Source: Azolla caroliniana
Lineage: Eukaryota; Plantae; Polypodiophyta
NCBI GenBank assembly: GCA_043228905.1
Contig: JBHGNT010000016.1
Location: 12,090,001 to 12,154,000, forward strand
Direction of reading: 5' to 3'
Length of the DNA stretch: 64,000 bases
Of this stretch, positions 36,672 through 49,900 are shown piece by piece. The translations under genes were made by a program, and so were the position numbers. The notes beneath the pieces are model-generated. The model searched no databases. It worked only from the letters and a program-made list of their open reading frames with translations, and was not told the origin of the DNA. Each line of letters starts with the position of its first letter. Positions within the stretch are counted from its first letter, which is position 1.

Positions 36672-39600
36672 GAGACAGAGAGAGCGGAACACAATTTCAA
36701 AATTATATCAAGACTCTGTACACACACTGTGCTAAGTAGCACTATTTATACAAGTCCTCTTGGGACTGACAGAAGTACCATGTACTTCAATGCTCACACG
36801 AGCATCTGACACTTACTACGAGAATATAGCTACCTAGTAGTCTATCCTATACTAGGCTTCCGATTGGACTTCCGGTTACGGATTGCACCCGGCCTCCACT
36901 GCTTGCCGGTTCGGTTGCTCACCGTAATACCGATCCGTTTCGCCCGATCCGTCTCGCTTACCGGCTCCGGCTTATTCAGCCGATCCGGCTCCGGTTGAGC
37001 TTGCTGCTCAACACTCCCCCTCAAGCTCAACCTGAGGTGGGGTCGTAGTGTCGACCTCTGTGCAGTCGGTTCTTCCAACCGACTTCTCCTGGCGTCACTC
37101 CGCCTTGCTCGCGCTCCTCGTCCGGTCCGGTCCCGTTTGCCGCGACCCCTTTGGTTCTGCGTGCCTCGACCCTCTCGGTCGGCATGTCTGCTCAATAGGC
37201 CCATCTCAGCACTCACGTTACTGTGACTCCGGCGCTTGCCAATCCGTCGGTTCTCCCACGATGGCATCGACTTCCGCTGTGTCCGTGTCCCCTTGGCCTT
37301 CAGTCGATCCGACTCATCCGGATCCATCTATTGATCCGAGTCAGCTGTCTCCGACTCGTTCCAGCTCTTGTCCGAATCGGTACACTCCGATTCGACTTCC
37401 GGCTTCAGGCCTCTCACCACATCGAACCACTTCCGAGTCTTGGCCTTCTCCATGCTTCCCTCGGCTTCTTCAGCCGGTGAACCGAAATTGAATTCTTCAT
37501 TCGACTCTGTATCATGGTCAGTACCGTCGTGATGACCTCCGCACTGCATACGCTTCTCTTCCTAAGTGCACAACTCTTCTTCACAGCCGCTTCCTCCGAC
37601 CTGTTCGGATGTGTCGACTTCCTTCATCTTCTTGTCTCCTCTTCTTCCGGCTCTCCTCTTACCGACAGGTTCAACAGTTTTCTGGCCTTTGCCCGTTTCG
37701 GTAGAGACTTTGCCCTTGCTTCTCCCCCTCAAGTGCGGCACGTCGAGATGCTGAATACCAAGCATGTCGGTAAAGTGCTGCAACTTGTCCGATCCGAGCG
37801 GCTTGGTGAAGATGTCGGCAACTTGCTGATCCGTATGAACATACCGTAGGTCAACTTCACTGCTCAGGACCCGCTCACGCACGAAGTGGTAGTGCACCTC
37901 GATGTGCTTTGTGCGAACATGGAACACAGGGTTCCTGGCGAGCTGCAGGCTGCTCATGTTATCGCAGTAAATCGGGATCGGGGTTGGTACCTCGATCCGC
38001 AAGTCTCGCAGCAGTCGCCGAAGCCAGATGGCTTCACAAGTGGCTACGGTAGCGGCCCGGTACTCAGCCTCAGTGCTTGACAAAGCCACTGTGGGCTGCT
38101 TCTTGCTGCTCCACGCAACGGCCGCGCTACCTATGGAGAACATGTATCCGGAAGTGGAGCGGCGATCAGACGCATTGCCGGCCCAGTCAGCATCTGTGTA
38201 ACCGACAAGCTCTTCGGGTATACCTCGCCGGTATAGCAGTCCCCGGTCCTTAGTGCCGCTGACAATCCGTAATATTCGTTGCGTGCACTGAAGGTGCTCC
38301 ACGGTCGGCTTCTGCATGAACTGACTTACCATGCCGACCGGATAGCTGATGTCGGGTCGGGTGATGGTTAAGTAGATCAGGCTCCCGACAACCTGTCGGA
38401 ACCGTTTCTCATTGCAGGCCGGTCCGGAGTTGGGACGGAGCTTCTGGTTCCGGTCCAGGGGTGTGGAGACAGGTCGGCAATCCGTCATGCCGAACTTATA
38501 CAACATATTCAACACGTAATGTCGTTGTGAGAGCAATATGCCATCGGGGGTCCAGATCACTTCGATCCCAAGAAAATAATGAAGGTTCCCGAGGTCCTTC
38601 ATTTCGAATGCGTCTGACAACTGGGACTTGACGCGGTTGATTTCGGGAAGACCCGGTCCGGTGATGACTAAATCATCCACATACAAGAGTATACATACCG
38701 GACTGTCAGAGCCTTGCCGGATGAACAACGAAGAGTCCGACTTAGAGACAGCAAACCCCAGCTTACGCAACCGGTGCATGATCTTTGCGTTCCAAGCTCG
38801 GGGGGCTTGCTTCAAGCCGTAAAGTGACTTCTTCAGTCGGCATACCGCCAATTTGTTCATCTCCGATTGAAACCCGGGGGGCCGAGTCATAAAGACTTCT
38901 TCTTCAAGCTCTCCTTGAAGGAAGGCGTTCTTCACATCCATCTGGTGAAGATGCCACCCCCTTGCCGCAGCAACCGCCAGTACCACACGAACCGTCGTCA
39001 TCTTCGCCACAGGAGCGAAGGTCTCGTCGTAGTCGATTCCGTGGGTCTGCGCGTATCCCTTCACCACTAACCAGGCTTTGTACCGGTTAACTGAACCGTC
39101 AGCATTGTACTTGACCTTGTACACCCACTTGCATCCGATTGGTTTACAGTGACGGGGAGGATCAACTAGGTCCCAAGTTTCGTTGGCATCGAGTGCCCGC
39201 ATTTCTTCGTCCATAGTGGCACGCCAATTTGCGTCCCTTGCCGCTTCTGCGTAGCTCTCTGGCTCACGCACTTCTGTCACCTTAGTCATGTACGCATAAT
39301 GATGCGCCATGTATTCATTGTACCCGTACCGCACGACGGGATCCTTCTGACGGGTTGATCGGCGCAACGCACCGTCACTTGATTTGAGGCCCTTCTTGGC
39401 CAGTTCGGTCTTCGTTGCCGAAGATCTGCCTTTCTCCTTTCCGGAGTCGGATACGCACCGATCCGACTCATCGTTGCCGGTTTCGAATTCCGGCATCTTC
39501 CTCTTCCCCTTCTCTTTGCGCGTGAACCGTTTCCTCAGTTCCTTGCGCGGGGAGAGCACAACAGAGTCTCCACCACTTGCCGTCTCTTCATCCGACTGGT

Positions 39601-42149
39601 CCAATCGACTCAGTCGCTCGTTCGGTCCACTCAACCGAAAAGATTCCAGACTCTCATCTTGAGTCCCGGCTTCATCATCCTCTGCCAGGGCTGATTCAGG
39701 CTCACTGGCCTGATCTTCCGACATTGGGTCGGGATCGGAAGTCAGAGTCGGTACGGAGTACCAGGAGGATGCCGATTCGTCGAACTCGACATCCCGGCTA
39801 ACTCGGACTTCCTTCGTCCGGGGGTTATAGCACTTATACCCCTTTTGCTCTTGAGCATAGCCGACTAGGATGCATTTTTCCAATTTTGCATCCAGCTTTC
39901 TCCGCTTCTGATCCGGTACATGCACATATGCTATGCTGCCGAATATCCGAAGGTGTTTTAAGTTCGGCTTGCGCCCGAAATACAACTCATGAGCTGACAC
40001 CTTGTCACCAATGAGGTTTTGTATGTAGACGGCCGTCCGGACCGCCTCCGCCCAGTAGAACCGGGGCATGCTCTTCTCCTCCAGCATTGTCCTTGCCGCT
40101 TCGACGAGTGTCCAGTTCTTCCTTTCGGCCACACCGTTTTGCTCCGGTGTGTATCTGCAGTTGAACTCTCGCCGAATTCCCTTTTGCTGGCCGGAAAAAT
40201 ATTCCTTTCCGCCATCCGACTGAAGGCATTTGATCTTCCTCTCCGATTCCCGTTCCACCATCTTCTGGAGGCTCTGGAAACAGTCGAAGACTTCGCTCTT
40301 CTGCTCAATGAGGTAGATCCAAGTATGTCAAGTATAGTCGTCGATGAAGGAGACGAAGTACCGGCTCCCGCCAAGGCTTACACTTTGTGCCGGTCCCCAC
40401 ACATCCGAATGGATGAGATCGAGCTTGTTACGGCTTCGGTTCCGTTTGGTGGGGAATGGAAGCCGGTGTTGCTTCCCAAGTTGGCAGGCTTCATAGATTT
40501 CGGCTCTCCGGCCGCTGAACTTCGGCAAACCGAAAACGACTTGTTTCGTTTGCAGGTCTTGAAGCCTCCAGTAGTTGACGTGGCCTATACGCTTGTGCCA
40601 CAGGTCGATGTCCGACTCGACCTTCTGTCGTTTCGCGAACAGAGTGGTGCCAAAGTCATTGGTGTCGAGGATAAACATCCTCCCGTCTCTGCGCCCTTGC
40701 GCAATGACTTCGCCCTCATCCTCAATGAAGCACCCGAGGTGCGTAAACCGCACCTGCATCCCCTGGTCGACAATCTGACCGACGGACAGTAGGTTCTTCG
40801 TGATTGTCGGAACGTGTAATACGTTTATCAGCTTCCCTTTCTGTCCGACGTGGCTTAGAGGGACTTCTCCGACGTGCACGATTGGATGAGGAGTGTTGTC
40901 TCCGGTTTCGACTACTCCTGGTTGATCCGGTTTCTCTAGAAAGGAGAACCACTCTTTGTGGCTCGTCATGTGGTTCGACGCGCCAGAATCAACATACCAC
41001 ACTTCCTCCATTTTGGAAGTGGTCTTCTTCATTGAGTTTGCCTTGTGATTCATCACCAAAGCTGGCCCCTTACCGGCCTTTCCGGTTCTGGATCCTCTTG
41101 ATCCGTTTGCGTAGTGCGAGTTTTGCCGGCCATCCTTACCGGTCTTGCCGGATCCGGATTTGTCCGAATCGGCACGCTTTCTCTAGCACTCGCTTTCCCT
41201 GTGGCCTTTTTTGCCACAGTACCAGCATTCCGTAGCGGATTTGTCTTGCCGACCTCCGGCACCGCCTTGACTCCCCCTACTTGTGGAAGTCCCGGAACTG
41301 CTGTTGACACGCTCATAGTGCCTCCGTTCCTGCTCTTGCCGGCCGCCTCCATTGCGTGCCGACCCACCTCTTCCACCATGCCCACGGAGCCGATCCGTTC
41401 CCGTGTACAACATTCGGCTGTCCGGGGATGCACTGGTAGATGCACCGGCGTGGTTCTCCTCTAGAAGGAGCATCGACTGTAAGTCGAAGAATGAGGGGGT
41501 ATTCTCCCTTGTACACACCGTAGTCCGGAACGCTCCGAACTTGGACGCCAGGCCTCTGAGACATACCTGCACCATCTCGTCTTCCTCTACGGTAACATTG
41601 ATAGAGGCGAGCGAGTCGCAGATCTCCTTTATCCGGCCCGTGTAGTCTGCCACGGACATGTTCTTCTGTCGAACATTGCTCAACTCCTGTCTGAGTTGCA
41701 GCTTCCGGGCAGTGGTGCTTGCAGCGAAAACCTTTTTCAGGTTCCCCCAAGCATCCTTCGGTGTCTTGGCGTCACGGACGTGGCTGAGCAGTTGATCGCC
41801 GACACTGGACGCGAAGCAGTACATCACCCTTTTTGCCGCCTGTTCCCATACCGGGAAGTCCTTGTGTGTCGAGTCGGGCGCCGCATCATTCGCTCCTTCG
41901 ACATAACTCCAGTACCTGTGTCCAAGCAGGTACTGGTGCATCTTGTAAGACCAGGATGCGTAGTTGCTCCTGTCGAGCTTCTCCACCGGGAGCGACATAG
42001 CCATGCCTCTATCCATGTCTTTTACTGTGTCTGTTTTCGACCTGTTAGGGTTTTCTTCTCAAGAGTAAATGTCTGCAGCAGAGGTTCTCAACCATCGCGC
42101 TCTGATACCATGTAAACGTAAGTGTTTGCAGAAGCGTAAAACAGAGAAC

Positions 42150-42225
<76 letters not shown>

Positions 42226-42553
42226 AGAACACAATTTCAAAATTATATCAAGACTCTGTACACACAATGTGCTAAGTAGCACTATTTATACAAGTCCTCT
42301 TGGGACTGACAGAAGTACCATGTACTTCAATGCTCACACGAGCATCTGACACTTACTACGAGACTATAGCTACCTAGTAGTCTATCCTATACTAGGCTTC
42401 TGATTGGACTTCTGGTTACGGATTGCACCCGGCCTCCACTGCTTGCCGGTTCGGTTGCTCACCGTAATACCGATCCGTTTCTCCCGATCCGTCTCGCTTA
42501 CCGGCTCCGGCTTATTCAGCCGATCCGGCTCCGGTTGAGCTTGCCGCTCAACA
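36593..42553 (-). mobile_element. Copia family A element A2, full length, nested in the RT of A1
   Basis: TSD ATCCG (36588-36592 / 42554-42558); 5' LTR 42111-42553; PBS 42099-42110; PPT 37014-37026; 3' LTR 36593-37013. The LTRs differ by about 7 substitutions plus (GA)n length. Confidence 0.96.
37014..42016 (-). pseudogene. A2 gag-pol polyprotein, lightly disrupted, including an 899-aa IN-RT-RH ORF
   Basis: ORFs 41183-42016, 40328-41059 and 37562-40261, then in-frame pieces 37328-37549 and 36842-37327. It has a frameshift after the zinc knuckle, a few stops and a short integrase deletion. Confidence 0.9.
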
Positions 42554-44941
42554 ATCCGGAAAGGTCGACTCGGACCGGTTAGTATTTTACTATATGTTGA
42601 TGACTTGGTCATCACCGGCGCCCACCTAGGTGAAATCGACCGCGTGAAGCTCCAGCTTGCGGCATCGTTCGACATGAAGGATCTAGGGGACCTTCATTAC
42701 TTCCTCGGGATCGAAGTGATCCGTAACCCTGAAGGCATATTGATCAGCCAACGTCATTACGTGCTGGGTATGCTCTTCAAACTCGGGATGGCCGACTGTA
42801 AGTCCGTCTCGACTCCTCTGTACAGAACCGTCAAGCTTCGTCCCGATACGGGAACGATATGCGACCCGACGAGGTTCCGACAAATTGTCGGAAGCCTCAT
42901 ATACTTGACCATCACCCGACCCGACCTCAGTTATCCAGTCGGAGTGATCAGTCAGTTCATGGCGCGACCTACCGAGGAGCACCTTTAGTGTGCGCAACGC
43001 ATACTTCGGTATGTCAACGGCACTAAGGACCAGGGACTGCTATATCGGACCGGTGCAGCCGCGCAGTTAGTCGGCTACACCGATGCGGATTGGGCTGGCA
43101 ACGCCGCCGATCATCGATCCACGTCCGGATATGCGTTCTCCCTCGGGAGTGCCGCGATCGCGTGGAGCAGTAAGAAGCAGCTGACAGTTGCATTGTCGAG
43201 CACAGAAGCTGAGTACCGAGGAGTGGCTGTCGCGACATGCGAAGCCATATGGTTGAAGGGGCTACTTAAGGACCTGCAAGAGGAGGTGTCAGATCCGACG
43301 ACGATCTATTGCGACAACCTCAACAGCATCCAGCTCGCGAAAAACCCCGTTTTCCACACACGGACCAAGCACATTGAGGTGCACTACCATTTCGTCCGTG
43401 AGCGTGTCCTTTCCGGTGAAGTCGAACTTCAGTACGTTCCGACGGATCGGCAGACTGCCGACATCTTCACTAAGCCCCTTGGTCTGGACAAGTTACGGCA
43501 ATTCTCCGGTGCGCTTGGATTGCGTCACCTCGACGTGCCAAACTTGAGGGGGAGAACAGTCCCGAACGACCAAGCAAAGCAGCAGGAAAGGAGCGGAGGC
43601 CGCGACACCGAGTCGTTTGACTCGGCTGTTGACTCGGTTGTCGAGTTCGACTTCGGATCGGCTGAAGAAGCCGAGGGCGGACCCGCGGAAAAGTCCGAAA
43701 GCAGACAGAAGGGGAGCAACCGAAGGAGAGAGCCGAAGCCAACCACGCATGGGGAAGATGACGCCACCAAGGGCGAGAAGACCGAAGACGAGTTGGAGAC
43801 AGCCAACTCGGACGGGAGCGAAAACTGATCGGAGGTAGCAGAGTCGGTTCGGATGTTTGATTCAGATACGCCGAATCAACCGAGGCCCAAGCGGAAGAAA
43901 AGGCAGCAGGAGCAGCGTAAACACCGCAACAACAGAAGAGCTGATAAGGGCCGCATAAGCAGACAAGCCGCCGGAAGGGTCGAAGCGCGCGGAGTCGAAC
44001 AAGTCGAGGAGCGCGAGCGAGGCGTGAAGCCAGGAGGAACTGGAGCTGTGAGCCCGAGGATCCCGAAGAGCCTCGAGTTGAGCTTGAGGGGGAGTGTTGA
44101 GAGACAAGCTCAACATCGGCCGGATCGGTTGAAGAAGCCGAGGACTGGATCGGTTGGGACCGATCGGTTAGGCCGAGTGCGTTGTCGTAGTGTATTCCAC
44201 ACACTACGTGAAAACCATAAAATAATATATCTGATTTTAGATACATATAAATAAATAAATAATATATCAAAATATTTATCACGTCCATAAGGCAAGATTT
44301 GAACCCTATACCTCCACATAGCCAAACCTCAACTTTACCATTATGCTACCTTATCTTTAGTGTTCTACAAATAGATTTAATAACTATAATTGCTTTATTT
44401 GTGCCTACCTTTATTAAAAGGTAAATCATGCATTTTTAGAGTGCGTGAATATTTTATAAAAAAACGCAAGCAACTAAAAAGTGACTCATGCACATCTAGC
44501 GTGCATGAGCACTATATTTAGCAAATAAAAGCAAGGATTAGGAAAGCATCACATGCACATTTAGTGTGCATGAACATATTAGAAAAAGCATGTAGCTATG
44601 CTTAGTCTCTCCCATCACTATATAAGGATGGGGAGCACATTGTAGTTTTTGTTGATTATTTTTTTATAATGATCAATCAATCTAAAATATTCGCGGGATT
44701 CACGAATTTGCTAAAATAATTCTCTCTTACTACCTAAATATTGACTAAATATACTAAACTCGTGGGATTCACAAGATTCTTATCTTATAACTCTTTATAC
44801 CTATTCTTTACTAGCCTTATTTGTATTTTTCTTCCTCCTAGTCCAAAACCTCAACGGTTCCCACCCGACTCACGCAACGATCCGGAGCCGAAAGGCATGA
44901 CACAGTTGGTGAACCCGACGTGAAAACCGGGTGGCAAGGAG

Positions 44942-46985
44942 ATGGAAAATCAACCGGAGGCTAGCAACATGATGATGATGTTCGAGCGCATGCTACAAGA
45001 ACAACACGCGATGTCGGAGATAGCAGCATCAGTGGAGCGGCTCGTGCAACGAAACGGGCAATTCAACGGGAAAGACATGTCGCGGTATCTTTAGGACTAC
45101 AAGGCGGAGATGCTACGGTGCGGAATATTGGAAGGACTGCAAGTGACGTCCTTCAACCGAGTGGCGACCGACGGGCTTCAAGCAAGCATCCATGGGCTAC
45201 GACAACAAAATCCGACATGGGAGGCGTTTGAAGAAGAGCTAAAGAGGATGTTCGCCATCGAGGATTCCTCCAAGGCGACGCAAAGGGGATTCGAAGATTG
45301 GGTGGAGACGCCGGACAAGGGATTGAAGGTCGTTGATGTGTTTTCGGCATTCGAAAGCCGGTTCGGGAGGTTTTCCACGAGAGATCAAGCTATCCTCGTA
45401 CCGGACAAGGTGATCATGTTCTTGCGAGCCGTGGACGTCCGGGACCGGAAAGATCTCGGAGTGCTCTTGGAGGACACGACCACGGAGAGTGGCCTCACTG
45501 AAACATGGGAAAGCATGCGGGATATTGTCGCGCGATACACGAAGAGGGGGCAATGGCTTGCCAACGAGGAAAAGAGGGTTTCGGAACTGATTCTGAAACT
45601 GAGAACCGGATTGGAAGACCATCAACCGAGGGCTCGGGAGACTACAACCGAGAAGGGGATTGATGCATCTACGGTGGAGCAACTATTGAAGGAGATGGAG
45701 AATCTGAAGATCGCTATGGTGAAGAAGTCGGATGACCGCCCCACAAGCTCCAAGTATACGGACCGACGATGCATATGGTGTGATAGCGCCGAACACGATC
45801 GGAGGGATTGCGACGAGCATAAGGAGGCGCTACGGCGGGATCTCATCTACTACGAGGGAAACCGGATTCATTCGATGGACTCTCGGAAGCCACTCCGACC
45901 GAACTTCCGGAAAGGCGGCATGAAGAAGGTGCTCGAGGAGGAATTGGCGGCAAGAAGCAACTATGTGACAACCGCGGGAATATGTGTCGGGGAGTCATCG
46001 AGCGCAAAGACGTCTTTTTGGCCGGAAGTTCTAGAAAACACCGAGAAAACCGACTCCAACGAGATCTGAAGCACCGCGGAAGGCGTCCGGGAAGCTACGG
46101 GATGGGAGTGCCCTGTCAAGAAGAATAGCGTATACGCCCTGTGTCAATTGCATGAGGTGTATGTGGACGAGAAACGACGACGCATGGAGGATGCGGCCGG
46201 GCCATCGAAGATACCGGAAAGCTAGAACTCTGGAGGTAAGGGAAAAGAAAAGGCGACTCCGGCATTCAAGCTCGCCTCGGACATAGAACAACAAACCGAC
46301 TTGAAAAGAGTGTTCGAGGAAAGAATCTTGGATAGCCGGGTAGATTTCTCACTTCGGGAGCTACTCGGAATAGCAAAGAAGGAGTTCCACGATCTTCTCG
46401 TGGATCTCGTGAAGCGAAAAAGACAAAGTACGGAGGAAAATGCTCCAAGGGTGAGTGCGAACACCGTTTTAATGAACGACACCGAAGTGGAGGACGAAAT
46501 TCCGAACTCCCACTATACAAGGGCCACATTGGGCACGCGCGACTACGGAGACTCCGGTCCGAATCGGCAACATCAAAGAACCCGTGCTAGCATTGATTGA
46601 TCACGGATCGGAGATCAACTTGATGTCCAAGGAGTTCTACTAGAAGGGGAAGTGGCCTATTAACACCAACCATGGATGGAAGATTCGGGCGGCCACCAAA
46701 GCAACGGAAGATCTATTTGCGGCTTGTCCGGATGTGACGGTGAAGATCGGGGATGTCGAGATCGACCAAAATTTCTTCGTGCAAGATGAGGTTTCACATT
46801 CCGTCATCCTCGGCCAACCCTTTATCACGGCATCATGGATGAAGACGAAGGTGCTCGATAGCGGTGCGGCTTTTGCGCGAATTCGGAGCCAAAACGGTGG
46901 GAAATCCGTCCAATTCCTAACGGTGCCGGCAAATCACAAAAGGAACAAGAGGGAACTCTTGTCCCAAGTGAGAATGGATTTTTAA
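44942..46985 (+). pseudogene. G1 gag-protease ORF, disrupted
   Basis: ATG 44942 is in frame with ORF 45110-46069; protease LIDHGSEINLMS lies at ~46590-46630 and VILGQPF follows; the ORF ends RMDF*. Confidence 0.8.
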
Positions 46986-49900
46986 AGCAAACTGTTCCGG
47001 AGTGGGGAAGTGATAGTTCGAGAAGCCCTGATACCCCAGACAGGAAGAAAACTCTCGGAGCAAAACATGTACGAATCGGTTCGGATGGGGCATCTACGTA
47101 CATGACCGTAACCGGAGGATTGAAGAAAGGATACCGACAAGTGGAGGATAAGTTGCGGTCGGCATCAATAATAAAAGAAGATGAAGAAATCATGGGGATA
47201 GTCGAAGAAGTGTTCTATGGGAGCACGCTACAACGACTTGAAGAGCTTGCGGAAGATAAAAGCCAAGGGAACCGGGTAGTCCCGGTGGAATCGGTCGAGA
47301 TGTATGAGATCATTGCGAAAATGGAGCCGGATACGCTCCGCAAAGAAGAAGCAATGGTAAGTACGAAATACAAGACCGTGGAGAAGAAGGTGAAACCGGC
47401 CGTGGGACCACTACCCGCCGATAGCGAACAAAAGAGGAAAGAAGTCTCGGGAGATCCGACACTTCGGAAGTTCGTGGATATCGGACATGCCTTCACGGAT
47501 GAGACCCGGAAGAAACTTCGGATCGGTGGAGGTGGGTTCCTATTACAAAAAGATGAAGAACGGTTTCGCGAGATGTTGGAGCAACACGGCAAAGCGTTTG
47601 CATTTACATAAAGGGAGATAGGGTGCGTCGATCCGAGAATAGTGGAGCCGATGGTGATCTTCACGATTGACCATGTATCGTGGAACCTGAAGCTGATTCC
47701 GGTGCCACGAGCGCATATTCCGAAAGTCATTGACTTGCTCAAGGAGAAGGTGGCGATGGGGATTCTAGAGCCATCAACTGCTCCGTACTCAAATCGATGG
47801 TTTACGGTTCCGAAGAAGAATGGGTCACTCCGATTTATCCAAGACTTGCAACCGGTGAATAAGGTCACGATCCGGAACTCGGGAGTCAGTCCGATAGTGG
47901 ACGAATTTGCGGAAGCTTTTGCCGGTCGTGCGATATACTCCATCGGAGACCTATACTCGGGGTATGACCAATTCCAACTAGCCGTGGAGAGCCGAGACAT
48001 CACAACCATGCGAACACCGATAGGATTAGTCCGAATGTGCACACTACCACAAGGAGCGACAAACTCGGTTGCTCATATGATGAACGCGATGAACAAGGTG
48101 CTTCGAGACTGCATTCCGGAGATAACGATGCCGTTCCTCGATGACATTCCGATGAAAGGATGCGCGGTAGAAGAAAAAGATGAGACTATGGATGATCGGG
48201 GATGCCGAAAGTTCGTGGTCGACCATATTCATGATTGCGAGAAAGTGTTGCGAAAGCTAGAAGATGTGCACCTAACACTTTCCGGGGAGAAATCGGCATT
48301 CGGGCAAGAAGAAATATTGGTGGTCGGACATCTATGTGGGCCCTACGGCTGAAGACCGTCACCAACAAAGATCGATGTGATTCAAGCTATGGAGGAAGTA
48401 TGCGAGTCAACATCCGAAGTCCGAAGGTTTCTCGGTGCATGTGCATTCTATCACATATGGATTCCGCACTATGCACATATAGCGGACCCGCTCTACCACT
48501 TGTTGCGGAAAGGTAAGAAATTCGAATGGAAACTGAAACACACCAAAGCCATGAAGAAATTGAAGAAGACACTTCGAAGGGCGGAAGCACTTAAGAAGCC
48601 GAGCTACGACCGACCGATCATAGTAACGGTTGATACAAGTCCAACCGGTATCGGGTGGGTCATCAATCAAGCCGACTCGGATGGTTCGCGGTATCCGATC
48701 CGATTCGGAGCAAAGGTTCTCAACGAAAGGCAACGTGGCTATGCACAAGTCAAAAGAGAACTGTGGGGAGTCGTGTCGGCGATAAAATCGAATCGGGATT
48801 ATTTGATCGGAGCCGAAGTGGTAATCGAGACGGATTGTCTTCCGATACTCGGGATGATGCGGTGTTGTACGATACCGGATGTAGCTATGCTAAGGTGGGT
48901 TGCATATGTCAAGTCGCTTAATCCGGAGGTTCGACACATCTCGGGGAAGGACAACGCGGTAACGGATATGTTATCAAGGGCTCGGTTCGGAGATGACATA
49001 ACCGAATCGGATAATGAAGAAGTTTCTGAAGACTACTTCGTGTCGGAGCACATATGCCGAGTGAACGTAATCCGAGAATTCCGGGAAGAAGAATACGAGG
49101 GAGAAAGCTTGATGATCGGAAAGATGTTACAAGAGGCCGAGGACTCAACAAACGATAAAGGAAGAAGAGCCGAGATCCAAAGGAAGAAGAGGCAAGTCCA
49201 AAAGTTCTTCTTGGAAAACGGATTAATATGGAGGGCGCCGAAAAGACCGGATGGTATACCACTTCGAGTAGTCGGGACAAAAGAGCAACGAAACCGGATA
49301 ATGTTCGAGTTTCACGAATCCGATTGGGCTGGACATCGAGGAACATGGGCAACATTTGTGAAGATCAAGCAAAAATATTGGTGGAAGAAAATGTACAAAG
49401 ATGTCGCGGAGTTCACGGAAAGCTGCGAGAAATGTCAAGTTTACTCCGGGGTTCGACATCGAGATGAGTTACATCCGACATTCTCACCGACAATCAACTT
49501 CAAGTGGATGGTCGACATAGTGGCTATGCCGACCGAGATCGGACAAAAGAAATACTTGGTATTAGCTCGGGAAGATCTCACGAATCAAGTAGAAGGTCGA
49601 GCGCTTCAGAGGAAAACGTGTTCCGCGGTATGCCAATTTCTTTTGGAGGAAGTATTTTGCAGGTACGGGTGCGTAGGGCAAGTGATTGCGGACCGGGGAG
49701 AACTCAACTCGGACAAAGCTAGGGGATTCTTCGCCAAACACGGAGTTCGGTTATCGCTAACAACGGCATACAATCCGGAGGCCAACGGGAAAATCGAACG
49801 AGGACATAGTCCGATCATGAAAGCACTTGCGAAGGCATGCGATGGAAAGGTGAAGGATTGGCCGCAGATGCTTCCGTATGCACTATGGGCGGATCGAACG

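Larger units (their letters stand above)
33288..44094 (+). pseudogene. A1 gag-pol polyprotein, stop-disrupted and interrupted by A2 at 36593-42553
   Basis: ORF pieces 33288-36592 and 42559-44094 with CWYCGKKGH, WYVDSGASNH, HSDVWGP, QMDVKNAFL, EAEYR and RTKHIEV. Confidence 0.85.

Noticed and set aside
43560-44094. env-like gene in family A
   Set aside because: The segment is in frame with pol, highly charged and has no transmembrane stretch; it is reported as a Pol extension instead.
43470-44288. Long antisense ORFs in retroelements (also 34320-35111, 40019-40792, 47215-48042, 59224-59934)
   Set aside because: They are shadow frames of GC-rich gag-pol and are not conserved between family copies.
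44907-44923. tRNA-Trp-like sequence (also 39-55)
   Set aside because: Only the 17-nt 3' complement next to an LTR is present, so it is a PBS and not a tRNA gene.
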